Below, in pieces: positions 39,643-51,602 of a stretch of 64,000 nt of DNA. Within the stretch, counting starts at the first letter, position 1; each line of letters starts with the position of its first letter. Source of the DNA: Haliotis cracherodii. Taxonomy: Eukaryota. Where the stretch lies: assembly GCF_022045235.1 (NCBI RefSeq), contig NW_027266286.1, forward strand, positions 70,990,001-71,054,000, written 5' to 3'. Both the position numbers and the translations under genes were made by a program. The notes under the pieces are model-generated. The model was not told the DNA's origin and made no database searches. It saw only the letters and a list, made by a program, of their open reading frames with translations.

Positions 39643-40570
39643 TGCTGCCTGTAGGTTACGCGTAGAGTGCTTGGAGACTGTCTGAAGACTTCCTTTAGAC
39701 GGCCTGTAGAATGTTTGTAACCTCTGTAAAGACTACGCACAGGTTTCTGCTAGATGACTGCCCGTAGACGCCTCTAGACTGTCCGTAGACTGTCCGCATA
39801 CTGCCTGTAGCTGCCCATCTAGCTGCCTGTAGACTGCCTGTGTATCTTGCTGCCTGTAGACTGTCTGTTTATCTTGCTGCCTGTAGACTGTCTGTGTATC
39901 TTGCTGTCTGTAGACTGTCTGTGTATCTTGCTGCCTGTAGACTGTCTGTACATCTAGCTGCCTGTATATTGTCTGTATATCTAGCTACCTGTAGACTATC
40001 TGTGCATGAAGCTGCCGGTAGACTGTCTGTATATATTGCTACCTGTAGGCTGTCTGTGGATCTAGCGACCAGTGGAATGTCTGTGCATTACGCTGCCTGT
40101 AGACTGTGTTTGTATCTTGCTGCCTGTATACTGTAACTGCCCGTATATTGACTGTGCATCTAGCTGCCTTTATATTATCTGTATATCTAGGACTAGTGGA
40201 ATGCCTGTGCATAAATCTAGCTACATGTAGACTGTCTGTGTATCTTGCTGTCTGTGGACTGTACATCTTGCTGCCTGTATACTGTCTGTGTATCTTGCTG
40301 CCTGTAGACTGTCTGTATATCTAGCGACCAGTGGAATGTCTTTGTATCTTGCTGCCTGTAGACTCTCTGTGTATCTTGCTGTCTGTAGACTGTCTGCGCA
40401 TCAAGCTGCCCGGATATTGTCTGTGTATCTAGCTGCCTGTATTTTGTCTGTATACCTAGCAATCAGTGGAATGTCTGTGAAGCTGATAGACGGTCTGTGC
40501 ATAAAGCTACCTGTAGACTTTCATTGTATCTAGCTGCCAATGGAATGGTTGTGCATCTAGCAGCCTGTCT
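39643..40570. repeat. Degenerate 11-bp/27-bp satellite (CTGCCTGTAGA core)
   Basis: 11-bp periodicity grades into the 27-bp unit CTGCCTGTAGACTGTCTGTGTATCTTG. Confidence 0.9.
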
Positions 40571-40988
40571 TATCACGACGCACCAGCATTTTTGGATATC
40601 CCATGCTCACATGGCTTGTATACCTTTTCGGAGAAAAGTATAAGCAGGGTGCTGACAAACCAAGGATCTTAATCGGAGAGAGCCTGTCAATCGACCCATC
40701 ACCAGCAGCCAAGGGACATAATCCTAAACAACAAATTCCGAGTGCATTGGGCTACCAGTGTGCCCAACACGAAGAGACTACCAGATAGCATAGTTATGGT
40801 GACTTCGGTGGCACCTCTTCTGAAGTCCAATGTGTTCCTCTAAAGATTACGTGTCGCTCCATAATAACAACATTCATCACCACCATCGAACTTAGTTAAC
40901 TTTATTCATGATAGTTAAATACAGAGTCCTACAACTTGAGATTTTACATTACACAATAAATCAATCGGTCTGACGTATAATATATATT

Positions 40989-42326
40989 TTAACAGTAGTT
41001 ATCCTTGAGTTGGAAGCTCCTGAAAAAGGCATTCTGGTCGACAGGACTGGCGGAACATGCCGAATTGCCTCCGAAGAAAGACGAAAATATGATGCCGTCG
41101 ATTTGAACATCAGCAGCATTCCTCATGGTGACCCCAGTGACGTCAAACAGCTTACCGAGGCCGTTCGCCGAGAGCCTGATGTAGCCGTCAGCCTGCCCGG
41201 GGGTGTTCAGTCGGACGGTCATCAACAAGGTGTACCACGTATTGTAGTCGAAATAGAAGCTGTTTCCACCAGTCTTGTGTCCCCAGTCTTGATTACAATC
41301 GACATCAGGTGAGCTACAGAATCCTCCCTGCTGGGTGACATCAGGGGCAAAGAGACTGATCCCTCCCATGCCCGCTGTTCTCCAGATGAGGCGGGAGGTG
41401 AAGCAGTCCTTGCCGGGGTCACCCCCAGCCGTACAGTTGACCCCACCCCCGTACAGACCCGGCAACTTTCCACCGTAGGCGAAGTCGAACCCTGTTGGAA
41501 ACAGGACCTTGTATTGGAGGGTGACGCATTCCCTGGGTGCCACTGGGCTGGCGTAGAACTGTAGGCCGCTGTTTGGACCTGTCATGGCGTATGACCCTTG
41601 GGAGAAGGAGATGTCGTGAACTTTGTTGTTGCTGCCATCGGGGTTGGGAGATATGGAAGCTGAATCGCCCCCGATGTAAGTGTCTTGGTGTATATTCCAT
41701 CCGTTTCGCCACATGTTGTTATTCTGCGGGTTGGCTGAGTTCCAGAACTTTACTGCAGCTGAGGATGTATAAATTATTATATTATTATTATATAAAGGAT
41801 GTCTAGTGTATTAATTCATAACGTTGTTTGAGAGTATGACCACGTTGAATATTTTAGGTCAGTATTCCAAGATGCAGTAGGCCCAGAAACCAGATAGGGA
41901 TAATATGAGTTTTTTGTCCTTAATGAACTTTTAATAAGCATTACTTTTAAAGAATATTTCATTGCAAAATCATTCTAAAAACCAGAATAATTAACTGGCT
42001 CAAATAAAAATATAGTGAAGTAGGTCGAATCAAACACATTGCCTGTATTGACGAGGGTTGTAATTTGTTTCATTCATGTATTTCCTGTACTGAATTAGTG
42101 AGTACAGATTTGCGCCCTTACTTGCAATTTTACAGAAATATGATTGTCGTTGGCAATAGAAAATGGCTTCACACATGTGGGAATAGAACCCGAGCCTTCA
42201 GTGTGACGAGCGAATGCTTTAATCGCTAGGCCACCACACCGACCCTTTGTGTAATGCATGATGAGGTCACTGACCTGTGGAGGAGATACAGCATCCCAGC
42301 AGCAGCAGCGTCAACATCATCGTCAT
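40989..42326 (-). CDS. PL14-like secreted protein A2 (273 aa); coding exons 42326-42275 and 41758-40989; non-coding exon 1 ~43575-43545
   Basis: Paralogue of A1. Exon 2 encodes MTMMLTLLLLGCCISST; GT-AG phase-1 intron; same PL14 motifs; AATAAA at 40906-40901. Confidence 0.92.
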
Positions 42327-42965
42327 GTTATCTGGACAACAGAGAAAACGGCTTTCTTTTTAGGGTTCAGCATCCTGCACATGAAAGCAACGATGAAACT
42401 CTGCTCACTCTGTATATTCTCTAGGAACCTTGTCATAGGCGACTAAATGTCAGGGAAGCTAGGGTCTTGCCAGTGACAATGCCATCAACCTTATCAAAAT
42501 GCGTTTTGTTTGTCTGCCAACTCTGATTATTTATTAGATATTTCAAAATTATACAGTCAATTATGATTATAGTGAAGAAATAAAGACAGCTTCTCAGTTT
42601 GAGACATGGCACACATGATATCATCTTGCCCTAGGCGGGCAATGGGATCCATATCAGGGAGCAGGGCCCCTTCAGTGCGGAAACAATCTCCAAGTGACGC
42701 AGGTCGTAGACGTTTACCTCTTTGGTGATGCCCACGACCGCAGGCATGGTCGTGCCACACCGAGGCACTAGTTAGAACGAATCTTGGATTCGATTCAAGA
42801 CGAACGGAACCTAGCACGCCTTTTTCTCGAAGATACAGGCTATGTAGTTGACCATAGCTTTACTTCCGGGTGAATGCACGGACATTTACACCGATGCTTC
42901 TCGAATAACCATAGTGACATTCATAACAACAACTGATGCCTGGCATCTCAGCAAAGTCTTTCCAA

Positions 42966-43280
42966 CACGACCGCCTTCGTCTCGGAGAGCGGAAGGTCCG
43001 GGGTTCGATCCCGGCCGCGTCATGCGTTAAAAGATTATACTAGTTGTTACCCTGCGCTCGGCATTGAGGAACTAAAACAAAGACTGGTCAGCTCGGAGTC
43101 AGTATACTGTGTCTGAGTGGGATGTTCATGTTAAACTGCGGCATGGTATTTCATGGGCTAGCACTGTAAATCGACATCAGTCTGGACTAGAACAAGCAGC
43201 CACACACACGTGCATGCACGACGCTATATAAGTGCAATACTCTTGTACGCGGCGTTAAACCCTATTTCACCTCACCTCAC
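42966..43280 (+). mobile_element. SINE family 3 (Meta-domain-like), in A2 intron 1
   Basis: B box GGTTCGATCCC; conserved GCTCGGCATT..GGTCGGCTCGGAGTCAG core; (CACCT)n tail; TSD CTTTCCAA. Confidence 0.8.
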
Positions 43281-43544
43281 CTTTCCAAAACCACATTAAC
43301 TGTCCATTTTGTTTACAGAAACCATGCGCAATGTTTCCATAATCAAATGTAACCCATTATACAATTCCGACTATATCATAAGCATATGTTTATGAATCAC
43401 TATTAAATAGTGTTTCCAGATGTTCGCGAAATGGCGAGCATACTCCACTGGTGGCACCCGTCACAAACACATGCAAAGGCATAAGCTAACCTGGCATGTT
43501 GACAAACAATGCTGTACAGGAGCAGTCACATTCACACAGCCTAC

Positions 43545-43622
43545 CTTGTCTCGGTTGTCAGCAAGGGAGAACAGTGAAAACACAAGGCCATTTGAAGTGG
43601 ATATATACTGCCCATATTATCT
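43545..43622 (-). promoter_or_regulatory. A2 core promoter plus 31-nt exon 1
   Basis: AGATAA 43622-43617, TATATA 43607-43602, TCACTG Inr at 43575, AAG|GTAGGC donor. Confidence 0.6.
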
Positions 43623-45095
43623 ATAGATCAAATTAACTGACGTTAACACAGAAAATTACTTCCGTTATGGCCTGAAGGTGATCATAGTGTGACATCCAGA
43701 AAAGGAGATTTGGTTGTTACGTGTCAAAGTCAGGTCGCGTGTCTTAGTAAGCCCTTAGGAACATTCAATTTAGGCCTCTTTTAGCTCACCTGATCTGACC
43801 AATGTTACCTAAAATTTCGGTATTCCGATCTGATTTTAAACATGCCACTGAAGGCGGCTATATCGAAAATGTCATTTAAAACATAACTAAGTCATCATGC
43901 AGAAACTTTATTGTATGCGTGAAAACATATATGGTATATTTCTGTGGCGTATATGTGCTTTGACTCTCACGGGGCCCTGTGTTGGTGATCGACTCAGTAC
44001 TAGTGGTCTAGTGGAAGAGCGTCCGCCAATGAGACGTTAAAAGATGGTTCTTGTTGTTACCCTGTCTGGCGCTCGGCATTAAGGGGCTAAAACAAGTCGG
44101 CTCGAAATCAGTTTACTGTGTGGGGTATTCATGTTAAACTGCGGCATGGTATCTCAGTGGGCTAGCGCTATGAATCGGCAACAGTCCTGACTAGTACAAG
44201 CAGCCACACAAACAAACACACATGTGCATGCACTTCGCTATATAAGTGCAATAATCTTGGACGCGACGTTAAACCCCATTTCACCTCACTTCACCCTGTG
44301 TTGGTGAAGCTGCAATTCCGTGTATTTGTGGCTCTGTTTTTTACTGTCTCTCCCAATTGTAATGATGCTTCGGCGTTGATAAAGTTGCAATTCCATGTAT
44401 ATGATCCCAGCAATATTGCTCAAAACGTTCGCTGAATCCCGATTCAATATTAAACATGGCCACCAAGGCAGCCATTTTAAACATGTCATTTCCCATCACA
44501 CAGACATTTCTTAATGTTTTGATGAAACTGGGATATGAATAACACGTGTTGCATTATGTTATGTGTTATGATATTTGTCACAGCCTCAACATGTATTTAT
44601 GTTCATCCCCATTTATTCAGGGGCATGGTTTGCCCTGTTGTCTAAGGTGCCGCAATTCGCTTTTCAGAGTTGCCTATCTTGGAAATCTAATAATATGATC
44701 GTGGGTTCGAATCCAGATTCGCCCCAATTATGTTTTTAGGTTGGTCAGTACCGTACCGATGCCCGTTGAACAGCCTGGTGTTTATTTAGCCGTTTGGCAT
44801 TTCATATGTGATGATATTGCATATAGAACACTATTGGTGCATTAACATCCTGTCGCTTTTAACAGCCACGACGTCCACAGTGCACATAATGTTATACTCT
44901 GTTATTGAAGATGGAAGTCTAATCCTGTAATCCATGAGTAAGGACAGAGAAATGTATTAGGCCTAACTGTACAAGGCTTGAAGTTGACTGTTGTTACATG
45001 GCGATTTTTAAATCAAAGCGCAATGCGCAATGGTTACCAAATCAAAGCGCAATGGTTACCAAATCGGGAAGATTTAATTGACCACACAAAATCAA

Positions 45096-45600
45096 CCGCC
45101 TATTGACTGCCAGTATACTGCCCGTAAACTGCCTATAGACCGCCCGTAAACCGCCTATTGACTGCCAGTATACTGCCCGTAAACTGCCTATTAACTGCCT
45201 GTAGACTGTTTGTAAACAGCCTATTGACTGCCTGTAGACTGACCGTAAACCGCCTATTGACTGCCAGTATACTGCCCGTAAACTGCCTATTGACTGCACG
45301 TAGACCGCCCGTAAACTGCCTATTGTCTGCCTGTAGACCGCCCATAAACCGCCTATTGACTGCCAGTATACTGCCCGTAAACTGCCTTTTGACTACCTGT
45401 AGACTGAGCGTAAACCGCCTATTGACTGCCCGTAAACTGCCCGTAAACTGCCTATAGACCGCCCATAAACCGCCTGTTGACTGCTTGTAAAATGTGCATC
45501 TAGCCTCCTGCAGACTGCCAGAAGCTTACTATAGCTGTCTGGAGGGTGTAGCTGCAGTAGCCGTAGGCTGTCAGTAGACGTCCTTTAGCTGCCCTTTTAA
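45096..45600. repeat. 11-bp-based satellite with higher-order units
   Basis: Monomers CCGCCTATTGA, CTGCCAGTATA, CTGCCCGTAAA and CTGCCTGTAGA. Confidence 0.9.
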
Positions 45601-45710
45601 GTTATCCAGTCATGAAATGTTTTTAAAACCGTAGATTGCCTGTAGGTTAAATATGATGCTGAAAACACTATGACATAAAAACAAAACAATTCTGGACTCT
45701 TCTATTTATA

Positions 45711-47074
45711 TTCTCTTCAAAAAAGGAAACGCAAAGACAGATTTGTGTGAGGTAGGAAAATATATTTAAACGAGGAACCGTAGAAGGTATTGAGCCAAAA
45801 TGATGTGGAGAGAACACTTGGTTCAAAAGGTGAACATCAGCTACCATCAATAACGCGTATGTCTCCCGTTGGAATCGATAGCGGCCTGACATGTCCTCCC
45901 CATGGAAGAGACGAGTATACGAATCACATCCTGGGGAATGTTAGCCCCATCGGCCTGCAAAAGCCAACTGCTTCAACGTCTTGGGTTGTGGTTGACGTTG
46001 GCGTAGCCGTCTATCCAATAAATCAAACAGGTGCTCTATCGGGTTCAAGTTCGGGGATCTGGAGCGCCAGGGGAGAACATCAACGTTGTTATTGTATAGA
46101 CAGGGTCGAGCGTTGTCCTGCTGGAATACACCGTTGGCTGCAATTGGGAGGACATGTGGATGGAGAATTTCGTTGATGTATCGTTGAGCCATAACATTGC
46201 CCTGGATTTGGACCAAACCTGTTCTGCCATGATGAGAGATAGCCACCCACATCATAACACTACCCCAAAAAACCTGTCCACTTCCTGTACGCAGTTTCCG
46301 GCATAACGGTCTCCCCGACGTCTTCGGTCCCCTCGAAGGAGGAGAAATCTTGATTCGTTACTGAACCAGACATCTCTCCATCGCAGTTGAGGCCATACCC
46401 TGTGTTGTCGACTCAATATGACGCGTCGAACAGGACGTCTTGCTCATAGACCTGCTGCTCTTAAACGGTTTCGTACAGTCTGGTCGGAGATTCTGTGCAG
46501 TCCGGGTATTTGGGATGCGGTTGAGGTGGCTGTGGTCATCCTTTTACGTAGGTGGCGCAGTCGGACGTAGCGATCTAGGCGGGGATGGGTACTCTTGGTC
46601 GTCCCGACCTTGGCCGATCACGTGTTGACCCATGCTGTTGAAACCGATCCCATAGCTTTGTGATGGTGCTGGGCGCTACATTGATAACCCTGGCAACAGC
46701 TGATCGGGATTCACCGGTCTATGACGTTGTTTCTTTGCACTTCTGTTAATCTTGGCATGTTGTTGAACTGTCACTGTTTGATTGACGCAGATGCCAGGCA
46801 GACACATCCCTGCACTTTGATACCGTTCATACTGCTGCTGCACGTGCAGTACGTGCAGCTCCGTGGCCCTTTTGTTAATGGACTAGGTGCGTTTTTTTCC
46901 GAATCGTACGTGTTTCCCGACTAATGGTTTGCATGTCCTTGTGATCATTATGATCTTGGAAATTTGTCACTGAAACTATAACACATTAAACCTCCTCATT
47001 TTGCACCTCTTGGTCCACTAATTTTGCTTTTATGGCCCAAAATAGCCGTATTGCGTTTCTTCTTTTTAAGAGTA
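45711..47074 (-). mobile_element. Degenerate Tc1/mariner transposon with both TIRs
   Basis: FSNESRF, VMMWVAIS, FQQDNARP, WRSRSPNLNPIEHLF; TIRs T(T/A)CTCTT.AAAAA.GAAACGCAA flanked by TA. Confidence 0.9.
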
Positions 47075-47130
47075 TATATTTGGTATATTTGAGATGACAA
47101 GAACTAGTTCTTTAATTACAAATAAAAAAG

Positions 47131-47410
47131 GGGGGCACGGGTGGCCCAGTCGTCTAAGGAGCCGCGATTCGCTGTGCAGAGTTGCGTCCCTTGGGCACGC
47201 CAGAAACCTATGATAGTGGGTTCGAATCCCGGTTCGCCCCAATTATGTTTCTAGGTTTGTCAGCACCATACCCGTGCTCGTGGGTTTCACCGAAGTGGTA
47301 ACCGTCTGAGACCTGCTTCACTTCAGGCTTTCCTCCCACATTAAGCTGACACACCGTGATATAACTGGAATACTGTTAAAAGCGGCGTTAAACCAAACTC
47401 ACTCACTCAC
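47131..47410 (+). mobile_element. tRNA-Leu-like SINE family 2 (~280 bp)
   Basis: GGTGGCCCAGTCGTCTAAGG...GTGGGTTCGAATCCC head, (ACTC)n tail, 14-bp TSD TACAAATAAAAAAG. Confidence 0.9.
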
Positions 47411-48226
47411 TACAAATAAAAAAGCGCCTGTAAAAAAATATATGTTATTCACAATAGCATAATATTTGTTGTTTTTATCTTTATTTTACAATGTCTACAT
47501 GCCATGGGGATATAACTGAATTATATTGTTGACTGCGGCGTTAAGCAACATACACTTACTTATTTGCATATGTAGCGGGAAAAGCCGAATGGTCATGGTG
47601 ACAAATGCACAAGAAACAGGAGATTGTTAAGAAACCACAGAAGCGTCTGTAAAATACACATATTGCATTTCATTTGTATGCCAGAACGTTATTTATTATA
47701 GACAAGTCACGCTGCAAGCTTTTTATTGATTTTAACGGTGTTTGCCGTGTATATCAGATCATATAAGTCCATTGATAATGCTTCAGATTCTGTTCACCAA
47801 GTGAATGTTCATAGCCATTACATTGTCTGGGTCTTCAAGGGTTTAGGTCGAAAGAAAGCCTTTCTTCACCCAGCAGTGAGTGGGTACCCGGTAGGGTCAT
47901 ATCATATCGCAGCTTGGTGTATACTCCCAATGGGAATGAGAGTGAAATTTGAGTGCACACTGATCCATCAACATCAAACAAAGTCACTTGCTAAGGGATA
48001 CTCAACATGTTTGGGCGCAGGGCGCCTGAAAAAATCTCTTGAGACAAGTTTCGAAATATGAATATGTAAAACAAAAACAGAAAGTGTGTTTCACTGTTTA
48101 TTTAAATTCAAATAACATCTGGTATACTTTGATTATGTTCACATGATGCCCATTTATTATATTTATAATGACGATGATGAGGATGTGGAAACTTCGAAGT
48201 TGAGAGAAAACACAATTGGGCAGGTT

Positions 48227-49513
48227 TTAGCAGACGTTGTCCTTGAGGACGAAATACCGGAAGTAGACATGAGTATCGACAGGACTTCCGGAACATGACG
48301 ATGTCCCGCCGAAATAATTGGAAAAAAGAATGCCGTCGACTTTCACATCCGAGGATTCTCTGATTACAACGTTACTGACATCGTACACTTTACCGACACC
48401 CCCAACAACGATTCGAACGTAGCCATCTGTCTGGCCGGGTGTGTTAAGGCGAACAGTTTGCTGGATTGTGTACCAGGTTCCGGTCTGGAACTGGAAACTT
48501 CCGCTGCCCAGTCGGTGCCCCCAAGCATCATTACACTCCACCCCTTCAGTGGTACAGAACTCGGGTGTCTGCTGTGATGTGGTGAAGAGTGCCACTCCAC
48601 CCATGCCTCCTGTTCTCCAGATGAAGCGGGATGTGAAACAATCCTTGCCTGGGTCACCTCCAGCAGTACAGTTGACCCCGCCACCGTACAGACCAGGCAA
48701 CTTTCCACCGTAGGCGAAGTCGAAGTTGTCATCGAACCACACTTTGTAGGAGTGTCAGGCACTCCCTGGGCTCTAGAGGAGTGGAGTAGAACTCAGCTCC
48801 ACTGTAGAGATCGGTGAGGCCGTAGGAGCCCTGGGAGAGAAAGATGGCGCTGACTTTGTAGTTACTGCCGTCGGGGTTTGGTTCAGCAGACACCGACTCC
48901 TGACCCCTGTATGTGGAGGTATCCAGGTTCCAGTTCCCGCGCCATATTGTCTTGCTTCTTGGGGTCTTAGAGTTCCAGAGTTTAATCCCATCTAGTCAGA
49001 ATATAGTTGATATAACAATTGTAGGTAATATGCCATTAATATGTTGTAATTAAGGGAAAACAAAGCATAATAATGTGTGTATGTAAATTTAGTCCAAGCT
49101 GGAGGGAGGAAAACATAAAGTTTGTTTAAATATAATATTAAATTCATAAACGTGCTGTGGAGTGTCATGTTTACAGTTTAAATCATTGTTTTGCTTTATA
49201 TAAATGGTTTCAAAATCAATGTTAAAATTTTCGCGCCTCAAATACCCATATTACTCACGTCACAATCGGAAAACACATAATTTTTACCTCGCATTAAGGG
49301 ACACATACTGGCCTCTGAACATTACATTCAGTGAAACACAATCAAGACCGGTTCCTTCCGGTCACATTTTGTAACAGAAATACAAGAATGAGTGTCGTAT
49401 ATACTTAATACCTACATGGGCTTATACTGTCTACCTGTACGGGGGTCAGTTATCTTACCTGTGAAATGGCTGAGGGTGACAGCGGCCAGGAGCAGGTATC
49501 GGAGCTGAGACAT
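48227..49513 (-). pseudogene. PL14-like gene B1 with 2-bp frameshift; exons 49513-49459 and 48991-48227; non-coding exon 1 ~50123-50094
   Basis: Nearly identical to B3, but exon 3 is 765 nt versus 767 nt. gtaggagagtg has become gtaggagtg at ~48750, giving ...ECLTLLQSVVR* before the GGKLPG motif. Could also be an assembly error. Confidence 0.75.
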
Positions 49514-49685
49514 CGTCCTGTAACACTGACGTACCCCAAATATATGGAAGAACACAACACAACACGTGAAGGACCTACCAAGGACGTATCAGAAACATGG
49601 ATATTACAAATATATGGACATATGGACAATAACGGACATAAAACACATAGACATTAAAAGAATAATACCTTTGTGACATAAACGA

Positions 49686-49842
49686 AGTGAGTATAGTTTT
49701 ACGCCGCTTTTCGCAATATTCCAGCTATATCACGGCGGGGGAAACCAGAAATGGGCTTCACACAATGTCCTCATGTGGAGAATCGAACCGGGTCTTCAGC
49801 GTACGAGCGAACGCATTAACCACTAGGCTACCTATCGCCCCC
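49686..49842 (-). mobile_element. SINE family 1 in B1 intron 1 (orthologous copy at 61298-61448 in B3)
   Basis: A/B boxes and tail match the family. Confidence 0.85.
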
Positions 49843-50093
49843 TCATATACGAAGCATAAGACATTGAATATATATGACAAATTAGAACCGTAAATATAAT
49901 TCAGATACAAAACATTTACAAACGAGCGTATGCTCATATTCCAGTCACAGAATCGGAATAAGTGTTGTTGTTATCGAAATCTCACTCAATCATAATAGTT
50001 ATGTTCACTTAGAGAATCGCCGAAGATGACGGTTAGTTGGGCAACATGCGTTATTTAATATAAAGTGACACTATTCGACTGTGGGTAACATAC

Positions 50094-50294
50094 CTGTCCA
50101 ACGCTGTTCCGCTGACGTGGAGTGACGATTCTTCGGATGTGCTGTGCTTATAAACGGGTATTTCTTATCGTCGGATCATTTTGTTTGTGTTGATAGATAG
50201 GATACTTGTACCATTTTTAATTCACATTTAATTACTTTATCAACGAGTATTATACAATTCATTATTTCCGCGTTCCCTCAGGTCACGGTGACCT
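50094..50294 (-). promoter_or_regulatory. B1 promoter: IR3 palindrome, GATAA, TATA, Inr, exon 1
   Basis: AGGTCAcggTGACCT 50280-50294; CGATAAG ~50170-50164; TTTATAAG 50154-50147; TCACTC Inr at 50123; CAG|GTATGT donor. Confidence 0.6.
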
Positions 50295-50900
50295 AGCGAA
50301 AGACCACCTGCAGATAAATGTGTAGGCGCGATGATGTCACAAGTGTTCTCCACGTACATTGACACAGTCTCGGGTTGCTATAGCAATGTAGTCAATGTTA
50401 TATCATAAAGTACTGCTAGATTGAGTCACTGTACTTACGAAATAACGTTTACCCTACCCCTGTAAGTAGTGCTACAAAGTATCGTTTTGCCATGAGCTAT
50501 TATAACGTCAAATTTCATGTTGACGTTTACGTTCATAGTCCACGGCAAAACCATACCGTATTACATACACATGGTGTTAGCGCAAGCTTTACTACTTTTC
50601 TAAGATGCTGAGTTTACGACTAACCTGGTGTATTTTTTAGTATATGGTTAAATATGTCCCATTATATTATCCGTTCAGTGTATGACTGTTCACAATCCCA
50701 TGTAAATAAGACTTAAATCTTAGTTTCTTAATATATAAATTTGCTTCAGTTTAATCACATGATTCGAAACATTCCAGAGTGCATTGAATGATGTCTGCTG
50801 ATGTCCTGTGTCGCTTGTTAGTGTGAGTTTACGTGTTTTCTGTCGTAAGAAAATCACATTTGATGTAAGCAGACTGACTAAATGCAGCGATGGCATTGTT

Positions 50901-51034
50901 NNNNNNNNNNNNNNNNNNNNNNNNNNNNNNNNNNNNNNNNNNNNNNNNNNNNNNNNNNNNNNNNNNNNNNNNNNNNNNNNNNNNNNNNNNNNNNNNNNNN
51001 NNNNNNNNNNNNNNNNNNNNNNNNNNNNNNNNNN
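50901..51034. other. Assembly gap (N)
   Basis: 134 N. Confidence 1.
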
Positions 51035-51570
51035 NCAGTGGCCGAAAAACACACTCAGGCCTTAAATACTGTTTATACATCTTGTAGAAGCATCAACAGT
51101 AATATCAGGACGAAGACATTCCACAACACTTCAACATCTGTAGTTTCAGAATAAACACCACATACAAATTACTAAACTTTGCGTGTAATATTCGAGAATA
51201 CAACCAGTAAGAACACCACAAACACCATAACTAGAACTAATCTATTTTGGGGGGACTACAGTTTTGCCTGGACCACCTCATAGCAACAATGTATTTTCAG
51301 AGGTATGCTTTAACAAAAACTGCAGTGTGTAGAAAGCGAGTCGGTACGGCTCAGTGATTACAAATATTAGGTACCACTCTGGGTTCGGTGTTAATTAGAT
51401 GATGAGATGATGAGAGATTTTATTAGGTGGGGACATGAGGTAGTCGGGTACACGCCAGGCAGATTCTGGGGATGTATCCTGAAGGAAGGTAAGGCTGCCT
51501 GATTGAGTTGCACCTGGCGAAGAATGACCAGTCGGAGACTCTCAAATATCCTCGTAACTTCTGGCACGTG

Positions 51571-51602
<32 letters not shown>

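Noticed and set aside
39840-40533. YLAACRLSV repeat proteins (also 45042-45457 and 11886-12405)
   Set aside because: Satellite translations.
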